From the human T2T-CHM13v2.0 reference genome, Homo sapiens: DNA of 64,000 nucleotides. The notes beneath the pieces are model-generated. The model did no database searches. It saw only the letters and a program-made list of their open reading frames with translations, and had not been told where the DNA came from. The stretch lies in the NCBI RefSeq assembly GCF_009914755.1, contig NC_060946.1; one strand, 5' to 3'. Below, piece by piece: positions 25,001-37,800 of the stretch. Numbering within the stretch: position 1 is the stretch's first letter; each line of letters starts with the position of its first letter. The position numbers were made by a program, and so were the translations under genes.

Positions 25001-28000
25001 CTAGATTTGATATGAAGATATTCCCGTTTCCAACGAAATCTTCAAATCTATCCAAATGTCCACTTGCAGATTCAACAAAAAGTGTTTTTCAGAACTGCTC
25101 TATCAAAAGAAAGATCCACCTCTGTTAGCTGAGTTCACACATCACAAACAAGTTTATGAGAATGCTTCTGTCTAGTTTTTATTTGAAGATATTTCCTTTC
25201 TCACCATAGACCTGAAAGCTGTCCTAATGTTCACTTCCAGATACTACAGAAAGAGTGTTTCAAAACTGCTGTACGAAAGGGAATGTTCAACTCTGTGACT
25301 TGAATGCACACATCACAAAGAAGTTTCTGAGGATGCTGCTGTCTACTTTTTATACGTAATCCCGTTTCCAACGAAATCCTCCAAGCTATCCAAATATCCA
25401 CTTGCAGATTCCACAGAAAGACTGTTTCAAAACTGCTCTGTCAATAGAAAGGTTCAACTCTGTTAGCTGCGTGCATATATCCCAAAGAAGATTCTGAGAT
25501 TGCTTCTGTCTAGTTTTTATGGGAAGATATTTCCCTTTTCACCGTAGGCGTCAAGGCGCTCCAAATGTCCACTTCCAGATACTACAAAAAGAGTGTTTCA
25601 AACCTACTCTGTGAAAGGGAATATTCAACTCTGTGACTTGAATGCACATATCACAAAGAAGTTTCTGAGAATGCTTCTGTCGAGATTTTATATGAAGATA
25701 TTCCCGTTTCCAACGAAATCCTGAAATCTATCCAAATATCCCCTCGCAGATTCTACAAAAAGAGTGTTTCAAAACTGCTCTGTAAAAAGAAAGGTTCAAC
25801 TCTGTTAGTTGAGTACACACATCACAAACAAGTTTCACAGAATGCTTCTTTCTAGCTTGTAGGGGAAGATATTCCCTTTATCACCATGGGCCTCCAACCG
25901 TCCGAAACGTCCACTTCCATATACTACAAAAAGAGCGTTTCAAACCTGCTCTATGAAAGGCAATGTTCAACTCTGTGACTTGAATGCAGACATCACAGAG
26001 CAGTTTCTGAGAATGCTTCTGTCTAGATTTTATAGGAAGATATTCCCGTTTCCAACGAAATCTTCACAGCTATCCAAATATCCACTTGCAGATTCTACAA
26101 AAAGAGTGTATCAAAACTGCTCTGTCAAAAGGAAGGTTCTTCTCTGTTAGGTGAGTGCATACGTCATAAAGGAGTTTCTGAGAATGTTTCTGTCTAGTGG
26201 TTATGGGAAGATATTTGCTTTTTCACCGTAGGCCTCAGAGCGCTCCAAATATCCACTTGCACATACTACAAAAAGAGTGCCTCAAAGCTGCTCTTTGAAA
26301 CGGAATGTTCAACTCTATGAGTTGAATGCAAACATCACAAAGACGTTTCTGAGAATGCTTCTGTCTAGATTTGATATGAAGATATTCCCGTTTCCAACGA
26401 AATCTTCAAATCTATCCAAATGTCCACTTGCAGATTCAACAAAAAGTGTTTTTCAGAACTGCTCTATCAAAAGAAAGATCCACCTCTGTTAGCTGAGTTC
26501 ACACATCACAAACAAGTTTATGAGAATGCTTCTGTCTAGTTTTTATTTGAAGATATTTCCTTTCTCACCATAGACCTGAAAGCTGTCCTAATGTTCACTT
26601 CCAGATACTACAGAAAGAGTGTTTCAAAACTGCTGTATGAAAGGGAATGTTCAACTCTGTGACTTGAATGCACACATCACAAAGAAGTTTCTGAGGATGC
26701 TGCTGTCTACTTTTTATATGTAATCCCGTTTCCAACGAAATCCTCCAAGCTATCCAAATATCCACTTGCAGATTCCACAGAAAGACTGTTTCAAAACTGC
26801 TCTGTCAATAGAAAGGTTCAACTCTGTTAGCTGCGTGCATATATCCCAAAGAAGATTCTGAGATTGCTTCTGTCTAGTTTTTATGGGAAGATATTTCCCT
26901 TTTCACCGTAGGCGTCAAGGCGCTCCAAATGTCCACTTCCAGATACTACAAAAAGAGTGTTTCAAACCTACTCTGTGAAAGGGAATATTCAACTCTGTGA
27001 CTTGAATGCACATATCACAAAGAAGTTTCTGAGAATGCTTCTGTCGAGATTTTATATGAAGATATTCCCGTTTCCAACGAAATCCTGAAATCTATCCAAA
27101 TATCCCCTCGCAGATTCTACAAAAAGAGTGTTTCAAAACTGCTCTGTAAAAAGAAAGGTTCAACTCTGTTAGTTGAGTACACACATCACAAACAAGTTTC
27201 ACAGAATGCTTCTTTCTAGCTTGTAGGGGAAGATATTCCCTTTATCACCATGGGCCTCCAACCGTCCGAAACGTCCACTTCCATATACTACAAAAAGAGC
27301 GTTTCAAACCTGCTCTAGGAAAGGCAATGTTCAACTCTGTGACTTGAATGCAGACATCACAGAGCAGTTTCTGAGAATGCTTCTGTCTAGATTTTATAGG
27401 AAGATATTCCCGTTTCCAACGAAATCTTCACAGCTATCCAAATATCCACTTGCAGATTCTACAAAAAGAGTGTATCAAAACTGCTCTGTCAAAAGGAAGG
27501 TTCTTCTCTGTTAGGTGAGTGCATACGTCATAAAGGAGTTTCTGAGAATGTTTCTGTCTAGTGGTTATGGGAAGATATTTGCTTTTTCACCGTAGGCCTC
27601 AGAGCGCTCCAAATATCCACTTGCACATACTACAAAAAGAGTGCCTCAAAGCTGCTCTCTGAAACGGAATGTTCAACTCTATGAGTTGAATGCAAACATC
27701 ACAAAGACGTTTCTGAGAATGCTTCTGTCTAGATTTGATATGAAGATATTCCCGTTTCCAACGAAATCTTCAAATCTATCCAAATGTCCACTTGCAGATT
27801 CAACAAAAAGTGTTTTTCAGAACTGCTCTATCAAAAGAAAGATCCACCTCTGTTAGCTGAGTTCACACATCACAAACAAGTTTATGAGAATGCTTCTGTC
27901 TAGTTTTTATTTGAAGATATTTCCTTTCTCACCATAGACCTGAAAGCTGTCCTAATGTTCACTTCCAGATACTACAGAAAGAGTGTTTCAAAACTGCTGT

Positions 28001-31000
28001 ACGAAAGGGAATGTTCAACTCTGTGACTTGAATGCACACATCACAAAGAAGTTTCTGAGGATGCTGCTGTCTACTTTTTATACGTAATCCCGTTTCCAAC
28101 GAAATCCTCCAAGCTATCCAAATATCCACTTGCAGATTCCACAGAAAGACTGTTTCAAAACTGCTCTGTCAATAGAAAGGTTCAACTCTGTTAGCTGCGT
28201 GCATATATCCCAAAGAAGATTCTGAGATTCCTTCTGTCTAGTTTTTATGGGAAGATATTTCCCTTTTCACCGTAGGCGTCAAGGCGCTCCAAATGTCCAC
28301 TTCCAGATACTACAAAAAGAGTGTTTCAAACCTACTCTGTGAAAGGGAATATTCAACTCTGTGACTTGAATGCACATATCACAAAGAAGTTTCTGAGAAT
28401 GCTTCTGTCGAGATTTTATATGAAGATATTCCCGTTTCCAACGAAATCCTGAAATCTATCCAAATATCCCCTCGCAGATTCTACAAAAAGAGTGTTTCAA
28501 AACTGCTCTGTAAAAAGAAAGGTTCAACTCTGTTAGTTGAGTACACACATCACAAACAAGTTTCACAGAATGCTTCTTTCTAGCTTGTAGGGGAAGATAT
28601 TCCCTTTATCACCATGGTCCTCAAACCGTCCGAAACGTCCACTTCCATATACTACAAAAAGAGCGTTTCAAACCTGCTCTAGGAAAGGCAATGTTCAACT
28701 CTGTGACTTGAATGCAGACATCACAGAGCAGTTTCTGAGAATGCTTCTGTCTAGATTTTATAGGAAGATATTCCCGTTTCCAACGAAATCTTCACAGCTA
28801 TCCAAATATCCACTTGCAGATTCTACAAAAAGAGTGTATCAAAACTGCTCTGTCAAAAGGAAGGTTCTTCTCTGTTAGGTGAGTGCATACGTCATAAAGG
28901 AGTTTCTGAGAATGTTTCTGTCTAGTGGTTATGGGAAGATATTTGCTTTTTCACCGTAGGCCTCAGAGCGCTCCAAATATCCACTTGCACATACTACAAA
29001 AAGAGTGCCTCAAAGCTGCTCTCTGAAACGGAATGTTCAACTCTATGAGTTGAATGCAAACATCACAAAGACGTTTCTGAGAATGCTTCTGTCTAGATTT
29101 GATATGAAGATATTCCCGTTTCCAACGAAATCTTCAAATCTATCCAAATGTCCACTTGCAGATTCAACAAAAAGTGTTTTTCAGAACTGCTCTATCAAAA
29201 GAAAGATCCACCTCTGTTAGCTGAGTTCACACATCACAAACAAGTTTATGAGAATGCTTCTGTCTAGTTTTTATTTGAAGATATTTCCTTTCTCACCATA
29301 GACCTGAAAGCTGTCCTAATGTTCACTTCCAGATACTACAGAAAGAGTGTTTCAAAACTGCTGTACGAAAGGGAATTTTCAACTCTGTGACTTGAATGCA
29401 CACATCACAAAGAAGTTTCTGAGGATGCTGCTGTCTACTTTTTATACGTAATCCCGTTTCCAACGAAATCCTCCAAGCTATCCAAATATCCACTTGCAGA
29501 TTCCACAGAAAGACTGTTTCAAAACTGCTCTGTCAATAGAAAGGTTCAACTCTGTTAGCTGCGTGCATATATCCCAAAGAAGATTCTGAGATTGCTTCTG
29601 TCTAGTTTTTATGGGAAGATATTTCCCTTTTCACCGTAGGCGTCAAGGCGCTCCAAATGTCCACTTCCAGATACTACAAAAAGAGTGTTTCAAACCTACT
29701 CTGTGAAAGGGAATATTCAACTCTGTGACTTGAATGCACATATCACAAAGAAGTTTCTGAGAATGCTTCTGTCGAGATTTTATATGAAGATATTCCCGTT
29801 TCCAACGAAATCCTGAAATCTATCCAAATATCCCCTCGCAGATTCTACAAAAAGAGTGTTTCAAAACTGCTCTGTAAAAAGAAAGGTTCAACTCTGTTAG
29901 TTGAGTACACACATCACAAACAAGTTTCACAGAATGCTTCTTTCTAGCTTGTAGGGGAAGATATTCCCTTTATCACCATGGGCCTCAAACCGTCCGAAAC
30001 GTCCACTTCCATATACTACAAAAAGAGCGTTTCAAACCTGCTCTAGGAAAGGCAATGTTCAACTCTGTGACTTGAATGCAGACATCACAGAACAGTTTCT
30101 GAGAATGCTTCTGTCTAGATTTTATAGGAAGATATTCCCGTTTCCAACGAAATCTTCACAGCTATCCAAATATCCACTTGCAGATTCTACAAAAAGAGTG
30201 TATCAAAACTGCTCTGTCAAAAGGAAGGTTCTTCTCTGTTAGGTGAGTGCATACGTCATAAAGGAGTTTCTGAGAATGTTTCTGTCTAGTGGTTATGGGA
30301 AGATATTTGCTTTTTCACCGTAGGCCTCAGAGCGCTCCAAATATCCACTTGCACATACTACAAAAAGAGTGCCTCAAAGCTGCTCTCTGAAACGGAATGT
30401 TCAACTCTATGAGTTGAATGCAAACATCACAAAGACGTTTCTGAGAATGCTTCTGTCTAGATTTGATATGAAGATATTCCCGTTTCCAACGAAATCTTCA
30501 AATCTATCCAAATGTCCACTTGCAGATTCAACAAAAAGTGTTTTTCAGAACTGCTCTATCAAAAGAAAGATCCACCTCTGTTAGCTGAGTTCACACATCA
30601 CAAACAAGTTTATGAGAATGCTTCTGTCTAGTTTTTATTTGAAGATATTTCCTTTCTCACCATAGACCTGAAAGCTGTCCTAATGTTCACTTCCAGATAC
30701 TACAGAAAGAGTGTTTCAAAACTGCTGTACGAAAGGGAATGTTCAACTCTGTGACTTGAATGCACACATCACAAAGAAGTTTCTGAGGATGCTGCTGTCT
30801 ACTTTTTATACGTAATCCCGTTTCCAACGAAATCCTCCAAGCTATCCAAATATCCACTTGCAGATTCCACAGAAAGACTGTTTCAAAACTGCTCTGTCAA
30901 TAGAAAGGTTCAACTCTGTTAGCTGCGTGCATATATCCCAAAGAAGATTCTGAGATTGCTTCTGTCTAGTTTTTATGGGAAGATATTTCCCTTTTCACCG

Positions 31001-34000
31001 TAGGCGTCAAGGCGCTCCAAATGTCCACTTCCAGATACTACAAAAAGAGTGTTTCAAACCTACTCTGTGAAAGCGAATATTCAACTCTGTGACTTGAATG
31101 CACATATCACAAAGAAGTTTCTGAGAATGCTTCTGTCGAGATTTTATATGAAGATATTCCCGTTTCCAACGAAATCCTGAAATCTATCCAAATATCCCCT
31201 CGCAGATTCTACAAAAAGAGTGTTTCAAAACTGCTCTGTAAAAAGAAAGGTTCAACTCTGTTAGTTGAGTACACACATCACAAACAAGTTTCACAGAATG
31301 CTTCTTTCTAGCTTGTAGGGGAAGATATTCCCTTTATCACCATGGGCCTCCAACCGTCCGAAACGTCCACTTCCATATACTACCAAAAGAGCGTTTCAAA
31401 CCTGCTCTAGGAAAGGCAATGTTCAACTCTGTGACTTGAATGCAGACATCACAGAACAGTTTCTGAGAATGCTTCTGTCTAGATTTTATAGGAAGATATT
31501 CCCGTTTCCAACGAAATCTTCACAGCTATCCAAATATCCACTTGCAGATTCTACAAAAAGAGTGTATCAAAACTGCTCTGTCAAAAGGAAGGTTCTTCTC
31601 TGTTAGGTGAGTGCATACGTCATAAAGGAGTTTCTGAGAATGTTTCTGTCTAGTGGTTATGGGAAGATATTTGCTTTTTCACCGTAGGCCTCAGAGCGCT
31701 CCAAATATCCACTTGCACATACTACAAAAAGAGTGCCTCAAAGCTGCTCTCTGAAACGGAATGTTCAACTCTATGAGTTGAATGCAAACATCACAAAGAC
31801 GTTTCTGAGAATGCTTCTGTCTAGATTTGATATGAAGATATTCCCGTTTCCAACGAAATCTTCAAATCTATCCAAATGTCCACTTGCAGATTCAACAAAA
31901 AGTGTTTTTCAGAACTGCTCTATCAAAAGAAAGATCCACCTCTGTTAGCTGAGTTCACACATCACAAACAAGTTTATGAGAATGCTTCTGTCTAGTTTTT
32001 ATTTGAAGATATTTCCTTTCTCACCATAGACCTGAAAGCTGTCCTAATGTTCACTTCCAGATACTACAGAAAGAGTGTTTCAAAACTGCTGTACGAAAGG
32101 GAATGTTCAACTCTGTGACTTGAATGCACACATCACAAAGAAGTTTCTGAGGATGCTGCTGTCTACTTTTTATACGTAATCCCGTTTCCAACGAAATCCT
32201 CCAAGCTATCCAAATATCCACTTGCAGATTCCACAGAAAGACTGTTTCAAAACTGCTCTGTCAATAGAAAGGTTCAACTCTGTTAGCTGCGTGCATATAT
32301 CCCAAAGAAGATTCTGAGATTGCTTCTGTCTAGTTTTTATGGGAAGATATTTCCCTTTTCACCGTAGGCGTCAAGGCGCTCCAAATGTCCACTTCCAGAT
32401 ACTACAAAAAGAGTGTTTCAAACCTACTCTGTGAAAGGGAATATTCAACTCTGTGACTTGAATGCACATATCACAAAGAAGTTTCTGAGAATGCTTCTGT
32501 CGAGATTTTATATGAAGATGTTCCCGTTTCCAACGAAATCCTGAAATCTATCCAAATATCACCTCGCAGATTCTACAAAAAGAGTGTTTCAAAACTGCTC
32601 TGTAAAAAGAAAGTTTCAACTCTGTTACTTGAGTACACACATCACAAACAAGTTTCACAGAATGCTTCTTTCTAGCTTGTAGGGGAAGATATTCCCTTTA
32701 TCACCATGGTCCTCAAACCGTCCGAAACGTCCACTTCCATATACTACAAAAAGAGCGTTTCAAACCTGCTCTATGAAAGGCAATGTTCAACTCTGTGACT
32801 TGAATGCAGACATCACAGAGCAGTTTCTGAGAATGCTTCTGTCTAGATTTTATAGGAAGATATTCCCGTTTCCAACGAAATCTTCACAGCTATCCAAATA
32901 TCCACTTGCAGATTCTACAAAAAGAGTGTATCAAAACTGCTCTGTCAAAAGGAAGGTTCTTCTCTGTTAGGTGAGTGCATACGTCATAAAGGAGTTTCTG
33001 AGAATGTTTCTGTCTAGTGGTTATGGGAAGATATTTGCTTTTTCACCGTAGGCCTCAGAGCGCTCCAAATATCCACTTGCACATACTACAAAAAGAGTGC
33101 CTCAAAGCTGCTCTCTGAAACGGAATGTTCAACTCTATGAGTTGAATGCAAACATCACAAAGACGTTTCTGAGAATGCTTCTGTCTAGATTTGATATGAA
33201 GATATTCCCGTTTCCAACGAAATCTTCAAATCTATCCAAATGTCCACTTGCAGATTCAACAAAAAGTGTTTTTCAGAACTGCTCTATCAAAAGAAAGATC
33301 CACCTCTGTTAGCTGAGTTCACACATCACAAACAAGTTTATGAGAATGCTTCTGTCTAGTTTTTATTTGAAGATATTTCCTTTCTCACCATAGACCTGAA
33401 AGCTGTCCTAATGTTCACTTCCAGATACTACAGAAAGAGTGTTTCAAAACTGCTGTACGAAAGGGAATGTTCAACTCTGTGACTTGAATGCACACATCAC
33501 AAAGAAGTTTCTGAGGATGCTGCTGTCTACTTTTTATACGTAATCCCGTTTCCAACGAAATCCTCCAAGCTATCCAAATATCCACTTGCAGATTCCACAG
33601 AAAGACTGTTTCAAAACTGCTCTGTCAATAGAAAGGTTCAACTCTGTTAGCTGCGTGCATATATCCCAAAGAAGATTCTGAGATTGCTTCTGTCTAGTTT
33701 TTATGGGAAGATATTTCCCTTTTCACCGTAGGCGTCAAGGCGCTCCAAATGTCCACTTCCAGATACTACAAAAAGAGTGTTTCAAACCTACTCTGTGAAA
33801 GGGAATATTCAACTCTGTGACTTGAATGCACATATCACAAAGAAGTTTCTGAGAATGCTTCTGTCGAGATTTTATATGAAGATATTCCCGTTTCCAACGA
33901 AATCCTGAAATCTATCCAAATATCCCCTCGCAGATTCTACAAAAAGAGTGTTTCAAAACTGCTCTGTAAAAAGAAAGGTTCAACTCTGTTAGTTGAGTAC

Positions 34001-34809
34001 ACACATCACAAACAAGTTTCACAGAATGCTTCTTTCTAGCTTGTAGGGGAAGATATTCCCTTTATCACCATGGTCCTCAAACCGTCCGAAACGTCCACTT
34101 CCATATACTACAAAAAGAGCGTTTCAAACCTGCTCTAGGAAAGGCAATGTTCAACTCTGTGACTTGAATGCAGACATCACAGAACAGTTTCTGAGAATGC
34201 TTCTGTCTAGATTTTATAGGAAGATATTCCCGTTTCCAACGAAATCTTCACAGCTATCCAAATATCCACTTGCAGATTCTACAAAAAGAGTGTATCAAAA
34301 CTGCTCTGTCAAAAGGAAGGTTCTTCTCTGTTAGGTGAGTGCATACGTCATAAAGGAGTTTCTGAGAATGTTTCTGTCTAGTGGTTATGGGAAGATATTT
34401 GCTTTTTCACCGTAGGCCTCAGAGCGCTCCAAATATCCACTTGCACATACTACAAAAAGAGTGCCTCAAAGCTGCTCTCTGAAACGGAATGTTCAACTCT
34501 ATGAGTTGAATGCAAACATCACAAAGACGTTTCTGAGAATGCTTCTGTCTAGATTTGATATGAAGATATTCCCGTTTCCAACGAAATCTTCAAATCTATC
34601 CAAATGTCCACTTGCAGATTCAACAAAAAGTGTTTTTCAGAACTGCTGTATCAAAAGAAAGATCCACCTCTGTTAGCTGAGTTCACACATCACAAACAAG
34701 TTTATGAGAATGCTTCTGTCTAGTTTTTATTTGAAGATATTTCCTTTCTCACCATAGACCTGAAAGCTGTCCTAATGTTCACTTCCAGATACTACAGAAA
34801 GAGTGTTTC

Positions 34810-37800
34810 AAAACTGCTGTACGAAAGGGAATGTTCAACTCTGTGACTTGAATGCACACATCACAAAGAAGTTTCTGAGGATGCTGCTGTCTACTTTTTA
34901 TACGTAATCCCGTTTCCAACGAAATCCTCCAAGCTATCCAAATATCCACTTGCAGATTCCACAGAAAGACTGTTTCAAAACTGCTCTGTCAATAGAAAGG
35001 TTCAACTCTGTTAGCTGCGTGCATATATCCCAAAGAAGATTCTGAGATTGCTTCTGTCTAGTTTTTATGGGAAGATATTTCCCTTTTCACCGTAGGCGTC
35101 AAGGCGCTCCAAATGTCCACTTCCAGATACTACAAAAAGAGTGTTTCAAACCTACTCTGTGAAAGGGAATATTCAACTCTGTGACTTGAATGCACATATC
35201 ACAAAGAAGTTTCTGAGAATGCTTCTGTCGAGATTTTATATGAAGATGTTCCCGTTTCCAACGAAATCCTGAAATCTATCCAAATATCACCTCGCAGATT
35301 CTACAAAAAGAGTGTTTCAAAACTGCTCTGTAAAAAGAAAGTTTCAACTCTGTTACTTGAGTACACACATCACAAACAAGTTTCACAGAATGCTTCTTTC
35401 TAGCTTGTAGGGGAAGATATTCCCTTTATCACCATGGTCCTCAAACCGTCCGAAACGTCCACTTCCATATACTACAAAAAGAGCGTTTCAAACCTGCTCT
35501 ATGAAAGGCAATGTTCAACTCTGTGACTTGAATGCAGACATCACAGAGCAGTTTCTGAGAATGCTTCTGTCTAGATTTTATAGGAAGATATTCCCGTTTC
35601 CAACGAAATCTTCACAGCTATCCAAATATCCACTTGCAGATTCTACAAAAAGAGTGTATCAAAACTGCTCTGTCAAAAGGAAGGTTCTTCTCTTTTAGGT
35701 GAGTGCATACGTCATAAAGGAGTTTCTGAGAATGTTTCTGTCTAGTGGTTATGGGAAGATATTTGCTTTTTCACCGTAGGCCTCAGAGCGCTCCAAATAT
35801 CCACTTGCACATACTACAAAAAGAGTGCCTCAAAGCTGCTCTCTGAAACGGAATGTTCAACTCTATGAGTTGAATGCAAACATCACAAAGACGTTTCTGA
35901 GAATGCTTCTGTCTAGATTTGATATGAAGATATTCCCGTTTCCAACGAAATCTTCAAATCTATCCAAATGTCCACTTGCAGATTCAACAAAAAGTGTTTT
36001 TCAGAACTGCTCTATCAAAAGAAAGATCCACCTCTGTTAGCTGAGTTCACACATCACAAACAAGTTTATGAGAATGCTTCTGTCTAGTTTTTATTTGAAG
36101 ATATTTCCTTTCTCACCATAGACCTGAAAGCTGTCCTAATGTTCACTTCCAGATACTACAGAAAGAGTGTTTCAAAACTGCTGTACGAAAGGGAATGTTC
36201 AACTCTGTGACTTGAATGCACACATCACAAAGAAGTTTCTGAGGATGCTGCTGTCTACTTTTTATACGTAATCCCGTTTCCAACGAAATCCTCCAAGCTA
36301 TCCAAATATCCACTTGCAGATTCCACAGAAAGACTGTTTCAAAACTGCTCTGTCAATAGAAAGGTTCAACTCTGTTAGCTGCGTGCATATATCTCAAAGA
36401 AGATTCTGAGATTGCTTCTGTCTAGTTTTTATGGGAAGATATTTCCCTTTTCACCGTAGGCGTCAAGGCGCTCCAAATGTCCACTTCCAGATACTACAAA
36501 AAGAGTGTTTCAAACCTACTCTGTGAAAGCGAATATTCAACTCTGTGACTTGAATGCACATATCACAAAGAAGTTTCTGAGAATGCTTCTGTCGAGATTT
36601 TATATGAAGATATTCCCGTTTCCAACGAAATCCTGAAATCTATCCAAATATCCCCTCGCAGATTCTACAAAAAGAGTGTTTCAAAACTGCTCTGTAAAAA
36701 GAAAGGTTCAACTCTGTTAGTTGAGTACACACATCACAAACAAGTTTCACAGAATGCTTCTTTCTAGCTTGTAGGGGAAGATATTCCCTTTATCACCATG
36801 GGCCTCCAACCGTCCGAAACGTCCACTTCCATATACTACCAAAAGAGCGTTTCAAACCTGCTCTAGGAAAGGCAATGTTCAACTCTGTGACTTGAATGCA
36901 GACATCACAGAGCAGTTTATGAGAATGCTTCCGTCTAGATTTTATAGGAAGATATTCCCGTTTCCAACGAAATCTTCACAGCTATCCAAATATCCACTTG
37001 CAGATTCTACAAAAAGAGTGTATCAAAACTGCTCTGTCAAAAGGAAGGTTCTTCTCTGTTAGGTGAGTGCATACGTCATAAAGGAGTTTCTGAGAATGTT
37101 TCTGTCTAGTGGTTATGGGAAGATATTTGCTTTTTCACCGTAGGCCTCAGAGCGCTCCAAATATCCACTTGCACATACTACAAAAAGAGTGCCTCAAAGC
37201 TGCTCTCTGAAACGGAATGTTCAACTCTATGAGTTGAATGCAAACATCACAAAGACGTTTCTGAGAATGCTTCTGTCTAGATTTGATATGAAGATATTCC
37301 CGTTTCCAACAAAATCTTCAAATCTATCCAAATGTCCACTTGCAGATTCAACAAAAAGTGTTTTTCAGAACTGCTCTATCAAAAGAAAGATCCACCTCTG
37401 TTAGCTGAGTTCACACATCACAAACAAGTTTATGAGAATGCTTCTGTCTAGTTTTTATTTGAAGATATTTCCTTTCTCACCATAGACCTGAAAGCTGTCC
37501 TAATGTTCACTTCCAGATACTACAGAAAGAGTGTTTAAAAACTGCTGTACGAAAGGGAATGTTCAACTCTGTGACTTGAATGCACACATCACAAAGAAGT
37601 TTCTGAGGATGCTGCTGTCTACTTTTTATACGTAATCCCGTTTCCAACGAAATCCTCCAAGCTATCCAAATATCCACTTGCAGATTCCACAGAAAGACTG
37701 TTTCAAAACTGCTCTGTCAATAGAAAGGTTCAACTCTGTTAGCTGCGTGCATATATCCCAAAGAAGATTCTGAGATTGCTTCTGTCTAGTTTTTATGGGA

